From assembly GCA_023150835.1 (NCBI GenBank), contig JAKLKB010000054.1, positions 1 to 42,852 of the forward strand: a DNA stretch of 42,852 bases, given 5' to 3'. The stretch is from Myxococcota bacterium (GTDB taxonomy: Bacteria; Myxococcota_C; UBA6777). The translations under genes and the position numbers were made by a program. Each line of letters opens with the position of its first letter. The first letter of the stretch is position 1. Of the stretch, positions 18,738 to 27,416 are shown piece by piece. The notes beneath the pieces are model-generated. The model had not been told where the DNA came from. It did not search any database and saw only the letters and a list, made by a program, of their open reading frames with translations.

Positions 18738-18791
18738 GGCAGGTCGAGCAAAAGCGGCAGGCCGAGCAAAAGCGGCAGACAGAGCAAAGGA
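18738..18791. repeat. 18-bp tandem repeat x3 (ggcaggYcgagcaaaagc), immediately 3' of the TPR gene stop
   Basis: ggcaggtcgagcaaaagc / ggcaggccgagcaaaagc / ggcagacagagcaaagga, read directly. Confidence 0.7.
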
Positions 18792-18908
18792 CGTGGGAGC
18801 TGTGATCGATCCTGTGCGTCACGCTCGAAATCTACGATCATTCGGGACATTTGAACGGGGGGGAGGTTGTTGTACGATATCCGAGCGATACGTACACAAA
18901 GCATCATT

Positions 18909-18958
18909 CGTAGACGCCCTAAAATAGGGTAGCCACAGGGGGCTACCCCTACGTTTTA
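18909..18958. terminator. Bidirectional intrinsic-terminator-like hairpin between the convergent TPR gene and the PLC-like gene
   Basis: Inner stem GGGTAGCC/GGCTACCC with loop acaggg. Outer stem CGTAG/CTACG. The structure is flanked by TTTTA on the plus side and by TATTTTA on the minus-strand side. Confidence 0.5.
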
Positions 18959-18982
18959 CGATCTGTATGGGGGGATTTCGTA

Positions 18983-19942
18983 TCAGGGGCGGACGCTTCG
19001 GCGCAAAGCCTCGATCAAAAAACGGGGGGTTTCTTTGGGCATCTGGAAGGTTTCTCCCACGCCTGTACGAAAAGCATCGCGAAAGCAAAGGATGGATTCT
19101 TGGAGGGCAGGTTCGGGGAGAGGATGGCGGATCTGCATTTTTCGCAAGCCTTTGCGAAGGATGCGAGCGATCCTGAGGTTGGGGATGCCCGTTGGATCCG
19201 CGAGGCAGGTGCGACTGTGTTGTTGGTGGTGGAAGAGATCGACGATGGCTTGGATGGAGAGGTTGAATTGCTCGGTGGCTTCTTCCTGTCCGAGAGACCA
19301 GCGCGATCGGACGTCGACGCGATCCAAGAGCCCTTGCCATCGCTTGAGCCGTTGGACAAAGAGCATCCCGCGAAAGATCACCAAGTTGGTTTCAAACCCA
19401 AAGATCGTGCCTTGGATGGTGCGGGAGAGTAGTTCTTTGGGGCCATGAAACTTTTGTCGGCTGATATGGCGGGCGAGATCCCAGACGGCAGGGGAGGCGC
19501 GTTGATCGAGTCGGACTTCCCAGTAGGCGTGGCCGGTGGTGCGGGCTTGAAAGCTTTCGGTGAGCTTCCATGGGACAAAGTAGTTGTGTGCGATGGTATC
19601 GGCAGCGAGGTGGCTGAGATATCCCCACGCGAAGGCTTGTTGTTGTTCATCGAGGGCTTCATCGAGGACCGAAAAGCCGATGGACCAGTTGTGGCAGTGT
19701 TCTTCGCTTTTGGCGAGGTTTTTGGCGATGATCACGTCAGCGGCCATATTCCCGTAAAGATAAGCGTGCGGGTGGGCTTGGAGAAGTTGTGCAAGGGCGG
19801 GCGGAAGGAGCGAGAGGTGGTTGAGGATGTGCGAGCCAAGGTTGACGTGCGTGATCGGCCCGTAAGCAAGGGCCTCTGCGGGGAAAAGTAAAAGTAGGCC
19901 AAGACAACAAAGAGTACTGACAAACCAAGGGATGCGGAACAT
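18983..19942 (-). CDS. Secreted Zn-dependent phospholipase C-like / P1-nuclease-like metallohydrolase (tentative)
   Basis: The track ORF was trimmed to the ATG at 19942 (MFRIPWFVSTLCCLGLLLLFPAEALA is a signal peptide). The mature protein starts YGPITHVNLGSHIL and has multiple conserved His/Asp blocks (HPHAYLYGNMAAD, HCHNW, YLSHLAADTIAHNYF). This is reminiscent of the zinc-dependent PLC family. The assignment comes from motif recall only. Confidence 0.45.
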   Translation of the reverse strand: MFRIPWFVSTLCCLGLLLLFPAEALAYGPITHVNLGSHILNHLSLLPPALAQLLQAHPHAYLYGNMAADVIIAKNLAKSEEHCHNWSIGFSVLDEALDEQQQAFAWGYLSHLAADTIAHNYFVPWKLTESFQARTTGHAYWEVRLDQRASPAVWDLARHISRQKFHGPKELLSRTIQGTIFGFETNLVIFRGMLFVQRLKRWQGLLDRVDVRSRWSLGQEEATEQFNLSIQAIVDLFHHQQHSRTCLADPTGIPNLRIARILRKGLRKMQIRHPLPEPALQESILCFRDAFRTGVGETFQMPKETPRFLIEALRRSVRP

Positions 19943-20086
19943 GGGGATCGAGCCTCCAAAGGTATCTTTCGCGACAACTATCGGCGAGCGTGCCGCGATG
20001 TCAAGGGCAAAGGATAGGGTGTTGCGTTGTGGGAGGCGTGGGCGCATAATGCCGTGCAGATTTGTACAGTCTTTCTGTGAGGCTCT

Positions 20087-21421
20087 GTGAGCGAGGTGTC
20101 ATCGGATGCGGAGTTGTTTGTAGAGAGAACAAGGCCGTGTGTAGGGAGGAATGGGTTGACGCAGGAATCTTGGTCGCAAAGTCCCTTGGCAGAGGCGATC
20201 TTGCTGGTGCGCTCTTTGCGCGAATATCTTTTGTGGCAAGAGTCCCAAGGATGGGACGGTGTGCCGTTGTCTGCGCAAGGCGGCGCTTCTTTTCAACAGC
20301 GACCTGTTGCGTTGAAGCCGCAGGGAGCTTCTTCGCGCCCCGTTTCGCGTGTTCGCTCGCAAACATCACACATCTCTCCCGTCCGCTCGCAAACACCGCA
20401 GATCTCTCCGCTTCCTCAAGATATCCCCTCGTCTCTGTCTTCGTTGCGGAGCGCGAGTCTGTCTTTGTCTGCGGATGGAGCGGGAGAACAGCAGATCAAG
20501 GAGACCTCTGCGGAAAGGTCGATCTCTCCGTCACTTTCTTTTCAAAGCCCGACAAACGACCAGAAGAACGCACCTTCGCCCCCATCTCCGCCGAACGAGC
20601 GCCTTGTTTTATCGGGGCAACAGGAGGCCGAAAGCGGTCACCCTTCGGAGCGTTTGCGCGTGAATGGAGGGGGGCGTCGTCCATCCTCGGAAACTGCGAA
20701 CTCTTCGCAACAAACGGCCACTTCGCAGCTTCCAGACAGGTTTGTGGATCTGCGCCCGATCACGTTTTCGACGCTGCGCAAGATATCGCAACAAGAACAA
20801 GCCGAACGCCAACAACGCCTTGACGCGATCCATGCGCGCTTACCGCGTTGTGAAGCTTGTGAGCGCCAACGGCTGAGCTGCAAACAACAGGTCTTGGGGC
20901 GCGGCCCTGTGGAGGCGCGTCTGATGTGGGTGTATGAAGGCCCCAACATCGCGGAAGATCTGCGCGGGCAGCCTTTGCAGGGGAGGGCAGGGCGCATCCT
21001 TGAGGGTATGATGCGATCGGTGGGGTTGCGGGCTGCGGAAGCGTACATTACGCCGATCGTCACGTGCCGTCCGATGTTTGAGGAAAAATCAGAGGCGACG
21101 GGTATCTTCAACCCTTCGTGGGAGCAGCTGCAGGATTACACGCCGATGTTGCATCAAAAGATCGATGTGATCCAGCCCGATCTGATCGTGACCTTGGGCG
21201 TAAAGGCGGCACAAGTCTTACAAGAAGAAAAAGAGGCGAAGTTTCAGTCTCTGCGTGGGTATGTTGTCGAAAGACAGATCCTCGGCAAGGATTACCTGAT
21301 CTTTTCGATGTTTCACCCGTTGCATCTGTTCAAATACCCGATATCCAAAAAAGACGCATGGACGGACTTACAAGAATGTTTGTCGGTGCTGCGGAAGTTG
21401 TGGGAAAGTGAGTTAGGATAG
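20087..21421 (+). CDS. Uracil-DNA glycosylase, family 4-like, with a ~250-aa Ser/Pro-rich N-terminal extension
   Basis: The C-terminal 190 aa align with family-4 UDG: CEAC...C (Fe-S Cys residues), ARLMWVYEGPNIAED (where GEGPG is expected), GRAGRIL, AYITPIVTCRP, DLIVTLG and FHPLHL (HPS/HPA motif). The N-terminal half is low-complexity, and the start (GTG at 20087) is uncertain. Confidence 0.6.
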   Translation: MSEVSSDAELFVERTRPCVGRNGLTQESWSQSPLAEAILLVRSLREYLLWQESQGWDGVPLSAQGGASFQQRPVALKPQGASSRPVSRVRSQTSHISPVRSQTPQISPLPQDIPSSLSSLRSASLSLSADGAGEQQIKETSAERSISPSLSFQSPTNDQKNAPSPPSPPNERLVLSGQQEAESGHPSERLRVNGGGRRPSSETANSSQQTATSQLPDRFVDLRPITFSTLRKISQQEQAERQQRLDAIHARLPRCEACERQRLSCKQQVLGRGPVEARLMWVYEGPNIAEDLRGQPLQGRAGRILEGMMRSVGLRAAEAYITPIVTCRPMFEEKSEATGIFNPSWEQLQDYTPMLHQKIDVIQPDLIVTLGVKAAQVLQEEKEAKFQSLRGYVVERQILGKDYLIFSMFHPLHLFKYPISKKDAWTDLQECLSVLRKLWESELG

Positions 21422-21596
21422 GTGTCGTGCGGTGGCTAAAAAAGTCCGTGTTCGCGGAAAGCCTTGGTGGTGGGGCTTTTTGGCTTTTCGGGAGAGATGG
21501 AAAGGAGGAGCGGTGTCGATCATCAAGATACGCAAACGATGGATGGAGCGATGGCAGCGATGGCAGCGATGGCAGCGGGTGTGTGGACGGTGGGGT

Positions 21597-22925
21597 ATGT
21601 GGTTGTGGCTTGTGCCTGTGGCGCATCTGTTGATCGGCGCAACAAGTCGTCCTTCCGCTCAATCTACCGAGCAAAAAGCGTGGGTGATCTCGGTGGTTGG
21701 GAGTATCAATGCGGGAACTGCTGATTATATCGACGAGGCGATCCGCAAAGCCCCGTCCCAAGGGGCTGTGGTGGTGGTGCTAGAGATGGACACCCCGGGA
21801 GGGTTTTTGCAGGCAACGCGTTCGATCGTCAAATCGATCTTGAATGCGGAGATCCCTGTGTTGGTTTTTGTCACACCTTCGGGGGCGCGGGCGGGAAGTG
21901 CGGGGGTGTTTATTACCCTTGCAGGACATCTCGCGGCGATGAGTCCGGGGACGAATATCGGGGCCGCGCATCCTGTGACGGGGGGTGGAAAAGATCCCGA
22001 AGCTACGGGCGGAAAGCATCTTGCGAAGAAGATCGAAAATGACACTGTGGCGTTTGTGTCGGCCATCGCAAAGCAACGCCATCGCAACGTGGCATGGGCG
22101 CGCAAAGCCGTTTTGGAGAGCGATTCGGTGACGTCGGATGAAGCGCTGTCTTTGAAGGTGATCGATCTGATCGCCTCGAATACGCAAGACCTTTTGCAAA
22201 AGGTGGATGGGCGGACGGTGCGTGTCGGACAGCGCGATCTTCGTTTGCGTACGCGGACACTCCCGATTGAACGCAAGCAGATGACGTTCAAACAAGGAGT
22301 CGTGAACTTTTTTGCGGACCCGAATATCGCGTACTTTTTGTTGACGTTTGGGATGTTGGGGATCGTGATGGAGATCTATCACCCGGGGGCGATCTTTCCC
22401 GGGGTGTTTGGGGCGATCTGTTTGTTTTTGTCATTTGTTGCGATGCAGGTCTTGCCGATCAATTACGGTGGATTGGCGTTGATGGGGCTTGGGTTGTTGT
22501 TGTTGGTGGCGGAACTCTTTACGCCGACGTTTGGGGTGTTGTTTTTGGGGGGTCTGATCTCGTTGGCGGTGGGATCGATCTTTTTGATTGATTCGCCTGA
22601 TCCGAATCTGCGGATATCGTTGATGATGATCGTGCCGACGCTTTTGGTGATGGCGCTGTTGCTTGGAGGTGTGTTGGTGGCTGTGTTGCGAACTTATCGC
22701 AAGCCTGTTTTTTCGGGAGTGGGGTCTTTGGTGGGTCGTGAAGGGCTCGCGTATGCGGATATTCGGGGGGAAGGCAAAGTTTCTATCGACGGGGAACTTT
22801 GGAATGCTCGTACAAAGCAGGAGATCGCCAAGGGAGCGCGCGTGCGGGTGGTTGCGATGGACGGGCTGTTGTTGCATATTGAGCGAGTGTCCGAGAAATC
22901 CGAAAAAGACAGGAGTGGCGTATGA
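21597..22925 (+). CDS. NfeD family membrane-bound serine protease (ClpP-class) with a C-terminal OB-fold domain
   Basis: Start set at the ATG at 21597 ([15 protein letters not shown] is a signal/transmembrane segment). The alternative ATG at 21543 (MERWQRWQRWQRV) lies within a 9-bp x3 repeat, gatggcagc. NfeD blocks: [60 protein letters not shown]. Several transmembrane helices follow, and then a C-terminal beta domain ([30 protein letters not shown]). The stop overlaps the stomatin start (ATGA). Confidence 0.75.
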   Translation: MWLWLVPVAHLLIGATSRPSAQSTEQKAWVISVVGSINAGTADYIDEAIRKAPSQGAVVVVLEMDTPGGFLQATRSIVKSILNAEIPVLVFVTPSGARAGSAGVFITLAGHLAAMSPGTNIGAAHPVTGGGKDPEATGGKHLAKKIENDTVAFVSAIAKQRHRNVAWARKAVLESDSVTSDEALSLKVIDLIASNTQDLLQKVDGRTVRVGQRDLRLRTRTLPIERKQMTFKQGVVNFFADPNIAYFLLTFGMLGIVMEIYHPGAIFPGVFGAICLFLSFVAMQVLPINYGGLALMGLGLLLLVAELFTPTFGVLFLGGLISLAVGSIFLIDSPDPNLRISLMMIVPTLLVMALLLGGVLVAVLRTYRKPVFSGVGSLVGREGLAYADIRGEGKVSIDGELWNARTKQEIAKGARVRVVAMDGLLLHIERVSEKSEKDRSGV

Positions 22926-23716
22926 ATCCAGCCGTATCGATGGCATTGGGCCTTTTGGCCGCATTTTTGTTGATGGTTGTTCCGATGATGTTCCGTATCT
23001 TGCGGGAGTACGAGCGGGGGGTGGTGTTTCGTTTGGGCCGATTGTCGGCGGTCAAAGGCCCGGGACTGATCTTGTTGATTCCGATGGTGGACACGATGGA
23101 GCGTGTGGATCTGCGTACGGTGACAGCGGATGTTCCGACGCAAGACATCATTACACGCGACAACGTATCCGTGAAGGTCAACGCGGTGGTGTATTATCGG
23201 GTGATGTCGCCTGACAAGGCGATTACAACGGTGGAAGACTACCGCTACGCAACAAGCCAGATGGCGCAAACCAAATTACGCGATGTGTTGGGCCAATTGG
23301 AACTCGATGATCTGTTGTCAGAGCGGGATAAGATCAACGAACGCCTGCAAGAGATCCTCGACAAACAGACGGATCCTTGGGGAATCAAGGTATCGACGGT
23401 CGAACTCAAGCACGTCGACTTGCCCACAGAGATGGTGCGTGCGATGGCGCGTCAAGCCGAAGCCGAGCGCGAACGACGGGCCAAAGTGATCAACGCTGAA
23501 GGCGAATTTCAAGCCTCCGCAAGGCTCGGTGAAGCGGCAGATATCATGGAAAAACACCCGATGTCGCTTCAGTTGCGTTATCTGCAAACCATCTTGGAGA
23601 TCGCTTCGACGCAAAATGCCATCAATACGATCATCCCTTTGCCCATCGAGTTGTTCAAGCCCTTCATGTCGAAGGAATCGACATCGGCGACTTCTGTAGA
23701 AGAGAAGAAATCTTAG
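22922..23716 (+). CDS. SPFH/Band-7 stomatin-like protein
   Basis: N-terminal transmembrane helix, then [14 protein letters not shown]...[12 protein letters not shown]...[22 protein letters not shown]: a canonical stomatin/prohibitin core. Followed by a coiled-coil and an acidic tail. It is translationally coupled to the NfeD gene. Confidence 0.85.
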   Translation: MNPAVSMALGLLAAFLLMVVPMMFRILREYERGVVFRLGRLSAVKGPGLILLIPMVDTMERVDLRTVTADVPTQDIITRDNVSVKVNAVVYYRVMSPDKAITTVEDYRYATSQMAQTKLRDVLGQLELDDLLSERDKINERLQEILDKQTDPWGIKVSTVELKHVDLPTEMVRAMARQAEAERERRAKVINAEGEFQASARLGEAADIMEKHPMSLQLRYLQTILEIASTQNAINTIIPLPIELFKPFMSKESTSATSVEEKKS

Positions 23717-23846
23717 GATGTGGTTTGTTTGCAACTGGATCTTCTTGAGGCATTGCGTTATGCTGGGCGCGTTTTCCGAGGTAAACGCGGTACCTCGGAG
23801 GTAACGAAGCCACAAAACAAACCCTGCGAGTTCATGGAGTGGAGTT

Positions 23847-25619
23847 ATGTCCCGTTCGCGGATCGTCTGGATGCTCTTTTTCGCTTTGTTGTTGGGCGCA
23901 GGAGCCGCAGTCTTTTTCTTCCGACAAGGCTTGGATGCTTACCAAGCCAACGTTGCGCAGCCTTCTTTGCAACAGCAAGCACGCAGCGCGCAACAAGCCA
24001 TCAAACTCTTGGGATTGCAACAGATCTCTCTGGCCTCGGCCCACCTTAAAGATGCGCGTCTTTCCTCGATATTTGGGGCGCAAGGAGAAGAACGTAAAAA
24101 GCAAGCCGCTGCTTTTCTCGCCTCCGCCATCGGCGCGGCCTCTCCAAAAACAGCCGAGAAGCTGGGAACCTCCTTTGCTGCGCTGTCGGATGAAAAAGCC
24201 GCTGTCCTCGCGCTCTCCGCAGGCGCACCTGAGGGAGTCGTCTTGGAAAATGTCGAAGCCTCGAAGGATGGGAACTCTTCGCAGGGTGTGATCGTCTCCA
24301 ATGGCAAAGCGTATCTTTTGGTGCATGTTCCCGTCTTTGGCGTCCCAAGCACCGCATCTGCCCCAAAAGCGGGCGATGGCGACAAAAAAGAGGGCGATGG
24401 CGATAAAAAAGCCGGAGATGGCGATAAAAAAGAAGAAGACGGTGGCAAAAAAGAGGGCGACGGCGACAAGGAAGAAGATCCCCCCACGCCCCGCAAAAAA
24501 AGCAGCAACGCCAACAAACAAGCCTGTCCCGCTGGGAAGATCTGGGCTTGTTTGAAGGTCTGTGCAAAGCGCGACAGCAAAAAGAAGTGCCTCGAACAAA
24601 AAGAGAAATGTGCTTGCTATGCTCCGAAAAAGAAACCCAAAAGCTCTTGGCGGATGCCCTCGTTGCAACAACGCTTTGCGCAAGCTGCGGAAGATGACAA
24701 GCCCACTCCTGCTCCTGCGACCACGCCCCAACCTCCTGTCGCTTTGAGGCTTTTGGGGATCTTTACACAAGCCTTTGCGATCGATGATCGCTTTGCTTAT
24801 GTCCTCAAGTCTCCAATCTTCGGAACAGCGGTCGATCTGGTGTTCTTCTCGCCCAAAGGCCAGATCCTTGGGAGTTCGCTCAAAGAAAAAGCGTCCATGC
24901 AGACCTTGCTTGCTTCGGCGACTGGCAAGTTTTTGTTAGAGATGAAAAAAGAGGGCGGTGCGGTAGAGCTTGGAAGCAAGCACTACGATGCGCTGTCTTT
25001 GAAGATGGACGGCGGAAAGATCGGGCTGGTTGTGCTACAGACTCGTTCTGGGTGGGAAGGCTTTTTGGAGCAGAACTTGATCTTGATGGGGTCGGTGGTT
25101 GTAGGGTTTGTGTTGTTGCTGTTGTTGCTGTTGCTGCCGGGAGCAGGCAAAACAGACAAGCAATTGTTTGATCTGGAAGAACAACTTTTGGATATCTACC
25201 GCACAGGTAACTTGCAAGTGGCTTTTGTCGAAAGCGCCCCGGGTGCTGTGGGCTCGCTTGCAGCAACGCTCAACCGCATCTTTTTCCAGCTACACAACCA
25301 AGTCGTCGAGATCCAAGAAGCTTCCGTTCAAGATATCCCCCGTCAGCACGAAACCACTCTTTCGCTGTCTTCACCCGAAGTGCAGATGGCGCTTCATGAA
25401 CCCGAAGTCCATTACCAACAAGTCTTTCAGCGTTATGCCAAAGCGAAAGAACAAACAGGAGAAGACACTTCTTTGCTCGATCAAGAGCGGTTCTTGGACA
25501 AGCTGCGTCAAAATGCGGCCACCTTCCGCAAACAATACGATTGCCTTGGCGTTGCGTTTGATGTGGCCGTCAAAGACAACAAAGTGATCTTGAAGCCCCA
25601 ACTGATCCCCCGAGATTGA
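23847..25619 (+). CDS. Hypothetical sensor-like membrane protein: transmembrane helix, periplasmic domain, (KKEGDGD)x5 acidic/basic repeat, Cys cluster, transmembrane helix, HAMP-like segment, C-terminal domain
   Basis: ATG at 23847 with GGAG upstream. N-terminal transmembrane helix WMLFFALLLGAGAAVFFF. Low-complexity repeat KAGDGDKKEGDGDKKAGDGDKKEEDGGKKEGDGDKEED. Cys cluster CPAGKIWACLKVCAKRDSKKKCLEQKEKCAC. Second transmembrane helix LILMGSVVVGFVLLLLLLLLPGAG. A HAMP-like stretch (ESAPGAVGSLAATLNRIFFQL) follows. No recognisable output domain. Confidence 0.5.
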   Translation: MSRSRIVWMLFFALLLGAGAAVFFFRQGLDAYQANVAQPSLQQQARSAQQAIKLLGLQQISLASAHLKDARLSSIFGAQGEERKKQAAAFLASAIGAASPKTAEKLGTSFAALSDEKAAVLALSAGAPEGVVLENVEASKDGNSSQGVIVSNGKAYLLVHVPVFGVPSTASAPKAGDGDKKEGDGDKKAGDGDKKEEDGGKKEGDGDKEEDPPTPRKKSSNANKQACPAGKIWACLKVCAKRDSKKKCLEQKEKCACYAPKKKPKSSWRMPSLQQRFAQAAEDDKPTPAPATTPQPPVALRLLGIFTQAFAIDDRFAYVLKSPIFGTAVDLVFFSPKGQILGSSLKEKASMQTLLASATGKFLLEMKKEGGAVELGSKHYDALSLKMDGGKIGLVVLQTRSGWEGFLEQNLILMGSVVVGFVLLLLLLLLPGAGKTDKQLFDLEEQLLDIYRTGNLQVAFVESAPGAVGSLAATLNRIFFQLHNQVVEIQEASVQDIPRQHETTLSLSSPEVQMALHEPEVHYQQVFQRYAKAKEQTGEDTSLLDQERFLDKLRQNAATFRKQYDCLGVAFDVAVKDNKVILKPQLIPRD

Positions 25620-25695
25620 TATCTGGTCGTTTCGATATCGCTCGAATCCACCGATATGACGGGCTTTTGGATCTCTCTTCGTGTGGGGATCTTGT

Positions 25696-26388
25696 ATGCT
25701 ACCTCAAAACCCTCCGCCCTTTTCTTCTTCTACACACCTCAACCTCTCTCATTGGGTTCCCAAAACAGGAGCCGAAGGCCCCGGTCAACGCTTTGCTTTG
25801 TGGGTACAAGGCTGCGCCATCCGTTGCGCAGGGTGCTGTAACCCCGAGATGTTCGGCTTTTTTCCAAAGCAACTGCTCACCGTCGACGACGTGATGGGCA
25901 TGATCCGTTCGGCACAGTCGCAGTATTTGATCGAAGGCATCTCTTGTCTTGGAGGAGAACCCTTTGCACAAGCCGAACATCTCGGCCTTTTGGCAGAAGC
26001 TGTGCAAGCGTGTGGTCTTTCGGTGATGATCTTTTCGGGCTACACGCTCGAAGAGATCCGCGCACGTCATGATCCCCATGCGGAGCGCCTGTTGGCGCAC
26101 ACAGATATCTTGGTCGACGGGCCTTATCGAGAAGATCTACACACCGAAGAACGCCGATGGATCGGCTCAACCAATCAGCGCCTCCACTTTTTAAGTGATC
26201 GCTACGACCCCGAAGACCCTTGTTGGAAGCAAAAGAACAGCGTCGAAGTGTTCTTTGATGGCAAAGAATTGCGGATTACTGGATTTCCAAAAAAAGAGTG
26301 GCGCGAGGAAGTTGTGCGATGGCGTCGCCAAATCGAACAGGCCCGAACGACGGGACATCCCGAAAAAAACAAATCGCACACATCTTAG
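25696..26388 (+). CDS. NrdG-like anaerobic ribonucleotide-reductase-activating-protein homologue (radical SAM / single 4Fe-4S cluster domain)
   Basis: AEGPGQRFALWVQGCAIRCAGCCNPE matches NrdG N(G)PG...SGCxxxCxGCxN. GISCLGGEPF matches ISLSGGDPL. ILVDGPY matches VLVDGKF. The ATG at 25696 was preferred over the GTG at 25681. No nrdD or glycyl-radical enzyme gene is adjacent. Confidence 0.7.
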   Translation: MLPQNPPPFSSSTHLNLSHWVPKTGAEGPGQRFALWVQGCAIRCAGCCNPEMFGFFPKQLLTVDDVMGMIRSAQSQYLIEGISCLGGEPFAQAEHLGLLAEAVQACGLSVMIFSGYTLEEIRARHDPHAERLLAHTDILVDGPYREDLHTEERRWIGSTNQRLHFLSDRYDPEDPCWKQKNSVEVFFDGKELRITGFPKKEWREEVVRWRRQIEQARTTGHPEKNKSHTS

Positions 26389-26406
26389 AGAGGAGTGCTT
26401 TGTTGG

Positions 26407-27162
26407 TTAGTGCTTGCCGGTGTGTTCGATACGTACGGGGACTTCTTGCATGGTGGGGGAGCCAAACAGAGAGAGCATCAAGAGGGGGCTTGCTTCGCCG
26501 AGAAGTCCCCGCCCGATCGATTGTAGCACGCGACTGATCAACAAAGACAATGCGAACAGCCCCAAAAAGACGGAGAGTCCGATCCAAAGATAGGTGCGTT
26601 GGGTCAGAGCAAAGAAGACGGCAGGGAACAAAGACAGCAGCCCCAACCCAACAAATACACGCGATATCTGCACTCCGATACTTCGTTTCGTCGGATGGAA
26701 GGCCATGTTGGTGATAAAGTAGGTGATGATAAACAACGCCCATGCGAAAAACAAAGGTAGCAACACACCCACAGAGAGCAATTGTCCTGCGACGGCAACT
26801 TGCTGCAATCGTGGGAATTGAAAAAGAAAGTAGCTTGTTCCATAGAAAAATAAGGCCGCGATCAGGAGGTAGCGCAACGGAGGCTCCAACAACAATCGCT
26901 GCAATAAGGAAGTGAAGGAGATCGAGCGGAGTTGGTGGAGTGCTTCGTTGCGCTGGGCTTCGTCGCCGCAGGACAAGGCTCGTCGAAAGGAGACACGCGC
27001 TGCGTCGAGGTTGTTGTCAAGGACGTGGCAATTTCCCATCCACAGATGGGCCGAGGCTTCGTCTTGATCTCGTTCGATCAGCCCAAGGAAGATCTTTGTT
27101 GCCCCGTCAAGATCCCCTTTTTTAAAGAGTGTGATCCCGTCTTGTATTGTTTTTTTGGCCAT
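26407..27162 (-). CDS. Hypothetical membrane protein: N-terminal TPR-like cytoplasmic segment plus about 4 transmembrane helices
   Basis: The track ORF was trimmed to the ATG at 27162 (MAKKTIQDGITLFKKGDLDGATKIFLGLIERD...). Four hydrophobic helices follow. It is divergent from the MVP-like gene. Confidence 0.45.
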   Translation of the reverse strand: MAKKTIQDGITLFKKGDLDGATKIFLGLIERDQDEASAHLWMGNCHVLDNNLDAARVSFRRALSCGDEAQRNEALHQLRSISFTSLLQRLLLEPPLRYLLIAALFFYGTSYFLFQFPRLQQVAVAGQLLSVGVLLPLFFAWALFIITYFITNMAFHPTKRSIGVQISRVFVGLGLLSLFPAVFFALTQRTYLWIGLSVFLGLFALSLLISRVLQSIGRGLLGEASPLLMLSLFGSPTMQEVPVRIEHTGKH

Positions 27163-27416
27163 GCAACCAAAACCCTTTCGTGCCATGTTCCATTGATCTG
27201 GCGCTTGTGGTACGTTGCGCATCATAACACTTCCACGCCAAAAGATCACTCTCAAGAAAGGACTTTGCCGCCAACGCTTTCTCTCTCGCCGAAGACGCGC
27301 AAAGCCCGAAGGTTCAAAGGAGACGTCACACAACATACAAACAAGCCAAAGCCTCCGAACATCCGAATCCATCACCAACGTCATCTCGATCCGTACGACG
27401 CTTGGAGCAAAACAGT

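Noticed and set aside
20062-20823. 253-aa ORF overlapping the N-terminal extension of the UDG gene in another frame
   Set aside because: It does not lead into any recognisable domain, whereas the 20087 frame continues into the UDG core. It is kept in mind only as a sign that the N-terminal extension call is uncertain.
23832-24770. 312-aa ORF antisense to the sensor-like gene
   Set aside because: It is antisense to a gene with a good Shine-Dalgarno sequence and signal peptide. The translation is dominated by a mirrored low-complexity repeat.
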